DNA of 61,963 bases, the filler included, from an uncultured bacterium (GTDB lineage: Bacteria; CAYUVA01): the NCBI GenBank assembly GCA_964448115.1. It is 8 parts of 8 records of this genome, joined end to end, with 100 filler letters (N's around TTAATTAATTAA, not from the genome) between each part and the next. Parts side by side here need not be neighbours in the genome. Positions count along the whole stretch, not along the records: positions 28,491 to 35,680 come from CAYUVA010000071.1; positions 35,781 to 42,854 come from CAYUVA010000072.1; 6 more parts are not named here. The stretch is one strand, 5' to 3'. This document shows, piece by piece, positions 29,266-38,130 of the stretch (positions within the stretch are counted from its first letter, which is position 1; each line of letters starts with the position of its first letter). Position numbers and translations under genes: made by a program. A model generated the notes under the pieces. The model saw only the letters and a list, made by a program, of their open reading frames with translations. It did no database searches and was not told where the DNA came from.

Positions 29266-32200
29266 CAGGAGATCATCCGGGCCGCTACTAGAAATCACTT
29301 TCGATGCACCGACAACAAAATGAACAGCGCCGGTTTTCGGCTTTGCATAGGTTGTTTCCTTCTGGTACCATCGTATTTCACAAACCCAGCATAGCGCTGA
29401 GCTGTGCTCGCTGTTGAACCTATCGACGACCTCTTTCTGAATCGTGAGAACATTTCCATGTCGATTGGGGATCTCTGAGTTTTGCTTTTCAGTTAGACCA
29501 TCTGTCCAGTCAAACCAAGTGGCGATGAGATCTTCTCCGTCATAGTACAGAATTGCTGATCGTTGAACATCAATCCTGATCGTAGTTTCAGCAATAGTTT
29601 GGCAAGGTCCCATGATTCCTTCCCTCAAACGCCACTCTTGCCAACGAGGGGCCGTATTCGGCCATATCTGAACGGACGTTAAAAGGAAACTCCAGTCGTC
29701 AATACTCTTCACCTTGCTAGACGTGTATCGCTCATTATAAAAACCCGATGTCCATGATCTTTCGGGCTCAAGCCTTTGCAGTTCACATGGGATCAAAGCT
29801 TCAAATACGTCTGACGCATCAGGTTGATCTGGCCCTGTACACCATTGGAAAGTACCAACAACAGTTATTTCATAAACTACGTTGTCATCCCCATCAACTC
29901 TACCCTTTGCATAAGCAACAGGTTCTTCGTCCTTATTCCCTAATCGCTGTTTTATAGCACCCATTATCATTGCTGGAAGATCATCAATCGACCTTCCCCC
30001 CGATCCAGTTGCCTTTGGCCACCATTCTGGCTGCCGCCTAGGAGTAAGGCGTATGAGGTCTAAGTCTACCGGGAAAATTTCCAGCGCTAGTAATCTTGAT
30101 GCCATAAAGTCCATTCTTCCAGACGATGCGAGCCAGGTGAGAACGCGAAGGTAACCGCTGATCGCCGTTTCACTAAGTTTTATCTCAAATCCCATGTAGT
30201 GCTCATCGTCTGGCCTTCCATAGTGATGTCGCGCATTCCATTCCATGTATATTCTTGATGCAACTTCCTTCGTATGGTAAGCCCAATGCCTAAATAAATC
30301 TATTCTCATATCTCTGGATTTTTTTTGTATCCACCGCGCAATAATACCAGGCGATGTTTTATAATGAAGTTCCCATGATTCTGGAATATCGTATTGTCGG
30401 ATAAGCTCTTGATCAGCCGTGATGGTGGACTGATCAACTGGGGCTCCGATCAGTTCATGCAATAGCAAGTCTGATAAGGAAGAGGGATATCGAACACTCT
30501 CCACAATCTCCTCAAACTTCGGTAGTTGATCATTCCCCTTCTCGCGCGAAAGCAATAAAATGAACAAACCTATTGATACATGGTTTTCTAATTTCTGTGA
30601 CTTGATCCATTCCATTAGTGCATCTTGAACCACATCATGGTGTTCAGAGCCTACGATCAAATTAGCTATTTCAACCATCCCTCGCTCGCGCACCATTCCA
30701 GAAGGCCAAGACAATCGAGAAAACAGTATCTTTATCGCTGCCTCCTGCAAACCGACTGGCTCTTCAATCCACTCGCATACCCCAAGATTGAAGGGGGCTA
30801 ATACTTCGCCAAGCGTATTAATTACTCCCATAAGAATATGATCTGCCATATCGGGCTTTGATAATGCACTAAGCAGCCCTACGATATACCTGAAAGAATC
30901 GTGGACGCCAAAGTACCTGTAGATAGATCCTTTATGGAAAAGAATATCTTTTATGATTCTTTTCCAATCACGAGGATAATAAATTGCAACAGTGGAATGG
31001 AAACCACCAATCTTCCTTGACGGAGTGTTGAAAGAACTCAATATGCGGGATTCCTGGCAACACCGTATGAACGTTTCGAGGGCCTGTTGCCTTCCAGTGG
31101 CTTTCACCTCCAAGTCATATGTTAGAAAGCCAGGCCTGAAGTACCTCCTTGATCGTTCCAGCTGCATGACACCCTGCAGTAACTCACCGGCTGACAACTT
31201 AGATTCCCAATACGACACCCACGGCCGCATCGCTTCCTCATCACCATAGATACTTGCTGTTCTACAGGCGTCCAGGTACTCATCAAGTTTGTCAGGGGGA
31301 TAAATTTCAGGAGAAGGAGCTTCTTTCGTTTCATTCTCTGGTCCAACACCTTCGTAGGTAGCTAGCTTTTGATGTACCTGTCGAGGACCAAAATAGTTCT
31401 CCAGTTTATCCACGATAACTTGAGCATCTGCGATACCTTTCTCGGCTCTGCGCTTCAAGATAGCCCAACCACCACCATCCAAAATCGTAGAACCGATTCC
31501 GGCTTGCAGTGGATGCGATAAATCGAGCAACGGCAGAATGATATTGAATAGCTTTTCAGCGTAATAGTATTGTTCCCGATCCAGGAGATAGAGGTAGTAT
31601 GGGACAAGCAACGTTGGCTGAATAATTCGCAGTAATTCACCCAAGTAGATCGGATATTGGCTGGTCTCGTCTCCGTCTGTGAATTCTTCAATATGATCTA
31701 CTGCGGGTGCAATGGTGGCAACAGCCGATTCTATTGTGCTTCGGCTAAGTATATCGGAGTTGTCTTCAAGCGTGTCAATGAGGTGGTAGATGATGACGTC
31801 TTTGTGCCAGCCATGCACCACGCATAGTTCGACGGAGGATCGAACGGCCTGCTTCGCATACTCCTCGAATCCATTAATAGCGAATATCGCGGAGAGCAGT
31901 GCATAGTCTTCTGCCCCGGATTCAGAAGCATGTTCAATGCTTGAATGGCACAGGTGGTGACGCTCTGTCCATAGCCGCTCGAGTCCATCATCTGTGAACC
32001 GTGTCCACCGACGATCATGGAATTCTGCCAAGACCTCTGAAGTACTGGTGTGTCTGGAGGAGGTGAGGGCTTGTATGTCTTTTTCTGTCACGACCAATGA
32101 GGTACATGCAACAGAAGCCATGACCATGGTGTCTAAGACCAGGCCAGGAAGAGCCGAACGAAATGCCTGCCAGTGGGGGTGGTCGTCTCTGTCACGGAGG

Positions 32201-35181
32201 AAATCTGGGACGGGAAGATCGTTCAGTTGTTCCAGAAGCCAGTAGACAGGTATTGGACTCCTTGAATTGAGCTTGGTTGCCACATCCTCTGCAAGCTTTT
32301 CGAGGCGGTGTATCGTACGGTCGATCCACTGTCCGCCTGTGATCGATTCCAGCAGTTCCTCTCGCTTGTTTGGAAAATCGCACAAATGAGTGAGAATGAA
32401 TAAGAAAAAGCTCGTATAGAACAACTCACCTAAAGTTGATGAAGCCTGCTGTAGCTGATACTTCTCCAATGAAAGCACTGCCAGGTCCACACTCCTGACA
32501 GACTCAACTGCTGGAATTTCATCCGCGACTAAATATTTGTAAATATGGGACAAAACTTCTTCTGATTCTACTTTTGCATCCCATTCCACTCCGTCTTCTA
32601 TCGATCCTAAAATGCCTTGTCGTATGAAAAAGGGGCGTGCACCATCGGGGAGAGTTTGATCCACCATCGAGCGGAGAACACCTGGAGCACGAAGGACACG
32701 AAGGGCTCTAGCGATTTCTCTGGGTAAAGCAACAATTGATTTGTTCCGGTCTATCAGATCCGCAAGGTATTCGGGGTCTGAGTCCGCGATGCACTCAATC
32801 TCTGCTACCTGACTGATTGGTTTCGACCGATCGCCTGATGACTTGCTGTTGCCATTATACAGCTTGATAACAGCATCACGACATCTATCTATAAGATTTT
32901 CACGTCCTCTTGTTGAAGCGAAATAAGCAAAATACTTGAGTTGATCTGCACTAAGTCCGTCTGGATTCTGTTCGAATATTGAAGATAGGTATGCGTCTTC
33001 GTGCAGGATTAATTGCGTATCAGTTAGCCGATCAAAAGTATCCGTTTTTAATTCCAGCGCATAGCCATTTACATAATCACAAAGAAGCCCTCTCGCTGCG
33101 AATGTTTCAAAATCTTCTGCTTCAAAAGCGTACTTCGCACTCAATTCAACAATTTGGAAAACATTATCTGCAGGATATCCTTTCGATAAAGATTCTACAG
33201 CCCAATCCCTGGTTGCCTTGCTGATTAGCTCTTCGGGATGACCAAGACGTGCTTGAATGATCCACAAGTGCGCCCATCGAAGATGGTCCGGTGCTTCCGT
33301 TTCCAGCCATTGCCTTGTAGCTTCAAGCAAGTTTCCATGTGAATCTGAATACTCGGATGTACTAGCGACAAAGACTCCCAAGCTTCCATGTAGCGGTCTC
33401 CAGCCGAGTGGTGTCTGAAAAAGCAAGTGCTTCACTGCAGACCATTCCCGCTGTGCTTCAGCGCGACTAAAGCCAGCTTTCACTAGAACGTCCGGAATAG
33501 TGCCTTCCGGCCAAAGGAACTCAACAGCCGCAATGAGGCACAGGGCGGATCTGCCTGCGTCATGCAAAGAGGTCCAGAGGTTCAGGTAGTAGTCACTTAT
33601 GCTCTGATGTGGACAAGCTGGCAGCGAGGAAACTCGATCACGTGTGATTGCTACACCCTGTTCATAAAGGCTCTGCAATGAATACCGAAGATGCAGTGGG
33701 TGGCCCTCGCTTATCACGAAGAACTCTAAGGCAATATCTTCAATCTCCTGCTCATGATAGACTGTTCCATTTTCTGGATCTGCAAGTGCAGGGGGCGGAT
33801 TCGTGAGGTGGTAAGTAACCCAACGCTCTACTGCATTCACATCGAAATAGGGTAGATCGCGCCAAGAATCTCTCGGTGCATTGCTTAGGAGGCTATGAGG
33901 AAGTTGGTTGTCTGAAACGGGCTGCGTCCCAACCAGCAGAACTGTATTCTGCGGGACTGGAAGAAGCACATTAAAAAGGTCCCTGAGTTCCTCGATCTCG
34001 TGATCCCGCTCTCGCCATACGTGGTCCAATCCATCAATAACCATAACAAAAGGGTGATCTTTGTCTTCATAGGAGCTATCGATTGCTTCGAGCCAGTCAC
34101 GAAACTCTGTGAACTGCGGATTCCTGTCTGCTACTCCTCCCAGAGCGTCACGATGGTCTCGACGCATATCGTGCATCAGAGATTCTAATACATGATGAAA
34201 GTCAAAGCGCTGATTGGGCCGAGGGTCATCCAGACTTAGGAAGTAATGGTGGCGAACGAACGGAATGCCTTTCATGTCATACTTTCGACACAGATGGCTG
34301 ATGTAGGTGCTTTTCCCGACACCCGGTGGGCCTGTCAAGACGACCACATTCCCACTACTATTCTTGATCTGGTCGACGAATTCGAGATGCCACGTCTCCG
34401 ACGGGAGAACGAAATCGTCGGGTATTGCGAAATCCTGGTTTAGGCCCCGTAGCCTGTTCCATTGCGCCGCTTCGCGAATGTCTTCTACATTGATCTCGCG
34501 GCCCGGCCGTGGTACATCTTTCCGACTTGCCCACTTTAAAATTGCACCCCGGAGAGAATACCATCCTTCAGTAGTTACCCCCCACTGACGGAAGCGCTCT
34601 ATCAATCTCTCATGTTGAAAAGATAGAGATGGCTGATCTGCCTCGATTCTGAAGTTGCTCAGGAAGGACTTGATTCGTTCTAGCTCGCCCAACTGCCTGA
34701 GCATTTCGGTTTGCACAGCTTCGTCTACGGCGTCCCATTGAATGCAGCCATTCCGCACTGTTGATGCAATGTCATCAGCTAATCGACGATTTGTAATCAG
34801 AACACCGGCAGGAGTTCCGTAAGACGCCTTGATAGCCTCAAAGCTCTTGAACCACTTTTGCAGAAGAGAGTCTTTAGGTCCCTTCGTTCCTTTCGGCTGA
34901 TGGAGCAAGTCTTCGAAACTATATGGATCATCAGGATCATCCGGGTTCGTTGAGAACTTCGCCTGATAAGCTTCAATACTGCCATCAGCTCGCATCAGCA
35001 CTATGTCATCCAGGAAGCCAAAGGACGACTCTTCGACCATCATCCACTGATAGCGATCCGGGTGCTCCAACATCTCAATGGCAAAGCGGAGTGCCACCGT
35101 GTCCTGGAATTCGAATCCAGCTCGGATAGCACCAACGGCTGTAAAACCGCTACCTGAGGTGTTTTCTGATTCATCACTCAT
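29251..35181 (-). CDS. Nuclease-fused STAND/NACHT-like ATPase, Avs-like antiphage protein
   Basis: 1976 aa; N-terminal GFEFQD...DDIV...YQAKF PD-(D/E)xK-type motif; Walker A GPPGVGKST; Walker B FVMVIDGLDH; SEGHPLHL; long helical C-terminus. Confidence 0.85.
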   Translation of the reverse strand: MSDESENTSGSGFTAVGAIRAGFEFQDTVALRFAIEMLEHPDRYQWMMVEESSFGFLDDIVLMRADGSIEAYQAKFSTNPDDPDDPYSFEDLLHQPKGTKGPKDSLLQKWFKSFEAIKASYGTPAGVLITNRRLADDIASTVRNGCIQWDAVDEAVQTEMLRQLGELERIKSFLSNFRIEADQPSLSFQHERLIERFRQWGVTTEGWYSLRGAILKWASRKDVPRPGREINVEDIREAAQWNRLRGLNQDFAIPDDFVLPSETWHLEFVDQIKNSSGNVVVLTGPPGVGKSTYISHLCRKYDMKGIPFVRHHYFLSLDDPRPNQRFDFHHVLESLMHDMRRDHRDALGGVADRNPQFTEFRDWLEAIDSSYEDKDHPFVMVIDGLDHVWRERDHEIEELRDLFNVLLPVPQNTVLLVGTQPVSDNQLPHSLLSNAPRDSWRDLPYFDVNAVERWVTYHLTNPPPALADPENGTVYHEQEIEDIALEFFVISEGHPLHLRYSLQSLYEQGVAITRDRVSSLPACPHQSISDYYLNLWTSLHDAGRSALCLIAAVEFLWPEGTIPDVLVKAGFSRAEAQREWSAVKHLLFQTPLGWRPLHGSLGVFVASTSEYSDSHGNLLEATRQWLETEAPDHLRWAHLWIIQARLGHPEELISKATRDWAVESLSKGYPADNVFQIVELSAKYAFEAEDFETFAARGLLCDYVNGYALELKTDTFDRLTDTQLILHEDAYLSSIFEQNPDGLSADQLKYFAYFASTRGRENLIDRCRDAVIKLYNGNSKSSGDRSKPISQVAEIECIADSDPEYLADLIDRNKSIVALPREIARALRVLRAPGVLRSMVDQTLPDGARPFFIRQGILGSIEDGVEWDAKVESEEVLSHIYKYLVADEIPAVESVRSVDLAVLSLEKYQLQQASSTLGELFYTSFFLFILTHLCDFPNKREELLESITGGQWIDRTIHRLEKLAEDVATKLNSRSPIPVYWLLEQLNDLPVPDFLRDRDDHPHWQAFRSALPGLVLDTMVMASVACTSLVVTEKDIQALTSSRHTSTSEVLAEFHDRRWTRFTDDGLERLWTERHHLCHSSIEHASESGAEDYALLSAIFAINGFEEYAKQAVRSSVELCVVHGWHKDVIIYHLIDTLEDNSDILSRSTIESAVATIAPAVDHIEEFTDGDETSQYPIYLGELLRIIQPTLLVPYYLYLLDREQYYYAEKLFNIILPLLDLSHPLQAGIGSTILDGGGWAILKRRAEKGIADAQVIVDKLENYFGPRQVHQKLATYEGVGPENETKEAPSPEIYPPDKLDEYLDACRTASIYGDEEAMRPWVSYWESKLSAGELLQGVMQLERSRRYFRPGFLTYDLEVKATGRQQALETFIRCCQESRILSSFNTPSRKIGGFHSTVAIYYPRDWKRIIKDILFHKGSIYRYFGVHDSFRYIVGLLSALSKPDMADHILMGVINTLGEVLAPFNLGVCEWIEEPVGLQEAAIKILFSRLSWPSGMVRERGMVEIANLIVGSEHHDVVQDALMEWIKSQKLENHVSIGLFILLLSREKGNDQLPKFEEIVESVRYPSSLSDLLLHELIGAPVDQSTITADQELIRQYDIPESWELHYKTSPGIIARWIQKKSRDMRIDLFRHWAYHTKEVASRIYMEWNARHHYGRPDDEHYMGFEIKLSETAISGYLRVLTWLASSGRMDFMASRLLALEIFPVDLDLIRLTPRRQPEWWPKATGSGGRSIDDLPAMIMGAIKQRLGNKDEEPVAYAKGRVDGDDNVVYEITVVGTFQWCTGPDQPDASDVFEALIPCELQRLEPERSWTSGFYNERYTSSKVKSIDDWSFLLTSVQIWPNTAPRWQEWRLREGIMGPCQTIAETTIRIDVQRSAILYYDGEDLIATWFDWTDGLTEKQNSEIPNRHGNVLTIQKEVVDRFNSEHSSALCWVCEIRWYQKETTYAKPKTGAVHFVVGASKVISSSGPDDLLLGHS

Positions 35182-35196
35182 CGAAGGTCCATGATC

Positions 35197-35350
35197 CTAG
35201 TTTTTCATTGATAATTCCTGCACCTGATAGACTTTCAGCACCTCGTCACCGTAGTGGTTGATAACCTTCACGGCGATGCGGCCGGATTCGGGGACGGCGA
35301 AGGGACGGCTGACGGTGGAATATAGGTCCAACCATGCGTCCTCGACGCCT
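35197..35350 (-). pseudogene. C-terminal remnant of a site-specific (type III Mod-like) DNA methyltransferase
   Basis: Minus-strand translation EDAWLDLYSTVSRPFAVPESGRIAVKVINHYGDEVLKVYQV; not in the ORF track. Confidence 0.7.
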
Positions 35351-35585
35351 TCGATGGTAGCATCTGGAGAAGGACATCGACGAGAACGTCAAATTCATGC
35401 TTCCCCTTACCGAACCAGCGTTCTTCGCCTTGGATGACGAGACACTCGGTCCAGGCACTCTCTCAGAATTCGAGCTAATGCCTCTTACAGCCAAGCGGCT
35501 CCCGAATGCATTTGACTTCTGACGAGTCATCTGCCTGCATGTATGTACCTCAGAAATCCTTGTATTGGTTGTGAGATCGGACTAA

Positions 35586-35680
35586 GGTGGACCCCATCTG
35601 TTGGACAGGTGGAGAGAGATTTTAAGTGATGGATCCGGTCCCATTCATGCTGCCATCGGTCCTCTGGTGAGGCTGTAAGC
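35586..35680. mobile_element. Probable IS terminus (IS3-like) at contig end
   Basis: GGTGGACCCCATCTGTTGGACA resembles IS3-family terminal repeats; assembly breaks about 90 bp later. Confidence 0.35.
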
Positions 35681-36015
35681 NNNNNNNNNNNNNNNNNNNN
35701 NNNNNNNNNNNNNNNNNNNNNNNNTTAATTAATTAANNNNNNNNNNNNNNNNNNNNNNNNNNNNNNNNNNNNNNNNNNNNGCTGCCATACAACAAGGCAA
35801 ATCATCCCAGTTCAAGAACGAGCCTTTATTCTCAGGTCTAAACGAGAGGTTGGATTTTGTTGCTCAATGCCATGGAGCATATATCTATAAACTTAAATAA
35901 CCGATAGATACCCGCCCTCCCCTTCATTTGCATTTAAGCCATTGATTTACTAGAGTTGGACTTCACAGATGGGATTATTTAATGAAGAAAGTCTAATGCC
36001 TAGGAGTTAACCGTC

Positions 36016-36969
36016 TTGTATTTCCCTGTAGCTGGTGTGGAAGTCAATCCCATGATTCCCCCCTTGGTTGCGTTTGTCATCTCCTTGTTCACCTCAATGG
36101 GCGGGGTTTCTGGGGCGTTTTTGATCCTCCCTTTCCAGGTTAGCATACTCGGCTTTACCAGCCCGGCGGTCAGCCCCACCAACCTCATCTTTAATATAGT
36201 TGCCATCCCCGGAGGCGTCCTTAGATACATCAAGGAGAGACGCATGGCATGGCCATTGACCTGGGTTATCATCATAGCGACCTTGCCAGGAGTGGTCATC
36301 GGCGCGATGATCAGAATCAAGTACCTGCCCGACCCGGCAAAATTCAAGTTCTTTGTCGGATGCGTGCTAGCATATATCGGAATTCGATTGTTCCTTGAAA
36401 CACTAGGGCTAATTGGCAGGAAAAGTAAGCGGATAATAGAGCTTGAGAAAAGCTTTCAACAACGGTTCTCTAACAAAGACCGAAATCTTGCTCAAAAGCT
36501 CGATGTAACAGTCAAGACGATAACTGTCTCCTTGAGGCAGGTTGAATATGAGTTTTACGGACAAAGGTTCTCGTTCAATCCTGTAATCCTGTTTCTGCTC
36601 TGCTTTCTAGTTGGGATTGTAGGGGGCACTTATGGCATCGGTGGGGGAGCGATCATTGCACCATTTCTCATCGCCATCTTCAGGCTGCCCGTATATACCA
36701 TAGCAGGTGCAGCGCTCATGGCGACTTTTTTAACCTCCATTATCGGTGTGGCAACCTATAGCGTAATAGCCGATACCAACGCTTACATGGGGCTAGCTAT
36801 CCAACCGGATTGGCTACTCGGCTTCTTTTTCGGCATAGGAGGACTGGCTGGGACTTATACCGGTGCTCGTCTCCAGAAACAGATGCCAGCAAAGACGATA
36901 AAAATAATCCTTGCTCTATCTATCATGTTTATATCATCAAGGTATATTTGGGGAATTTTAGGTCTCTAA
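36016..36969 (+). CDS. Sulfite exporter TauE/SafE family protein
   Basis: SMGGVSGAFLILP, GGTYGIGGGAIIAP, GTYTGARLQK; AGGAG RBS before TTG. Confidence 0.93.
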   Translation: MYFPVAGVEVNPMIPPLVAFVISLFTSMGGVSGAFLILPFQVSILGFTSPAVSPTNLIFNIVAIPGGVLRYIKERRMAWPLTWVIIIATLPGVVIGAMIRIKYLPDPAKFKFFVGCVLAYIGIRLFLETLGLIGRKSKRIIELEKSFQQRFSNKDRNLAQKLDVTVKTITVSLRQVEYEFYGQRFSFNPVILFLLCFLVGIVGGTYGIGGGAIIAPFLIAIFRLPVYTIAGAALMATFLTSIIGVATYSVIADTNAYMGLAIQPDWLLGFFFGIGGLAGTYTGARLQKQMPAKTIKIILALSIMFISSRYIWGILGL

Positions 36970-38096
36970 TGGAAGGGTTGCTATTATTTAATGAATTTCC
37001 TGGCTTTAATCGATTACCTTGGATGCGAATAGGCAGATTTCCTACCCCACTAAAGCGCTTGAGGGCACTGGAAAGGGAGATCGGTTATGGTCAGTTGTGG
37101 ATGAAGCGAGAGGACCTATGCGACCATCAGTTTGGTGGCAACAAGGTGCGCAAGGCTGAGTTCATCCTGGCTGATCTGTTATCCAAAGGCAAGGATAAGA
37201 TAATCACCGCCGGGGGATTCGGCTCCAACTATGTGCTCGCCATGAGCATCTATGGGAGACGATACGGAATAACAAACCACGCCATACTCTTTCCACAACC
37301 GTTCACCAGGCTTACAGCCAGGAATCTGGCTTTGAACAATTACTTTGGCACCCGAATGTATTATTGTCCAAGCCCCTTATTGGCGCCTGCTTATGTCCTG
37401 GATAGGTTCTTTGCTTATGGTGGCATTTCATCGCGCAGCAAAGTGGCTATCGGACCTCCCGGTGGTTCATCGCCGCTAAGCTCGCTTGGATATATCGATG
37501 CGATGCTGGAGATATACCATCAGGTTAATAAAGGGATGATGCCAGTGCCTGACTATATCTATGTACCATTAGGAAGCAACGGTACTTATGCAGCCTTGCT
37601 ACTTGGAGTAAAGATCCTAGGTTTGCCAACCAAGGTGATCGGGGTTCGGATAATCGACTATGCTGTCGGCAATCGGCTTAGCGTATGGCTCCTGATTCAA
37701 GGCATACTGAGGTTGTTTAAGCAGCACGGGCATCCGCTGCCACCCAAGATTGTAACCATGAGAGACATCTTGATCCTTCACCGATATATAGGCAAAGGCT
37801 ATGGTTGTTACACCGATGGATGCATAGAGACAATGCGTAGGGTGAAAAGGGCTGAGGGCATCCAGTTGGAGGGCGTTTATACAGCAAAGGCTTTTCATGG
37901 GATGCTCGATTTTATCGCCAAGAACTACCATAGTATTCAAGAGGGCAAGGTGCACCTGTTCGTGAATAGTTTCAATTCGGTAGATCTTACATCTTGTGCA
38001 CTTGAAGGATACGATGCAGATGCTCTGCCGGCGAAGATTGCTAGACTGGCTGCGCAAGTCTCAACAGAGCAAATAAAAGCGCCCTACTATGAATAA
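36969..38096 (+). CDS. PLP-dependent enzyme of the D-cysteine desulfhydrase / ACC deaminase / cysteate sulfo-lyase family
   Basis: FPTPL, KRED...GGNKVRKAEF, GGFGSN, PPGGSS, GSNGT, LEGVYTAKA; TAATG coupling to tauE. Confidence 0.9.
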   Translation: MEGLLLFNEFPGFNRLPWMRIGRFPTPLKRLRALEREIGYGQLWMKREDLCDHQFGGNKVRKAEFILADLLSKGKDKIITAGGFGSNYVLAMSIYGRRYGITNHAILFPQPFTRLTARNLALNNYFGTRMYYCPSPLLAPAYVLDRFFAYGGISSRSKVAIGPPGGSSPLSSLGYIDAMLEIYHQVNKGMMPVPDYIYVPLGSNGTYAALLLGVKILGLPTKVIGVRIIDYAVGNRLSVWLLIQGILRLFKQHGHPLPPKIVTMRDILILHRYIGKGYGCYTDGCIETMRRVKRAEGIQLEGVYTAKAFHGMLDFIAKNYHSIQEGKVHLFVNSFNSVDLTSCALEGYDADALPAKIARLAAQVSTEQIKAPYYE

Positions 38097-38130
38097 GCCA
38101 AAGCTATGAGCAATCTTTAAGGTTATTGCG

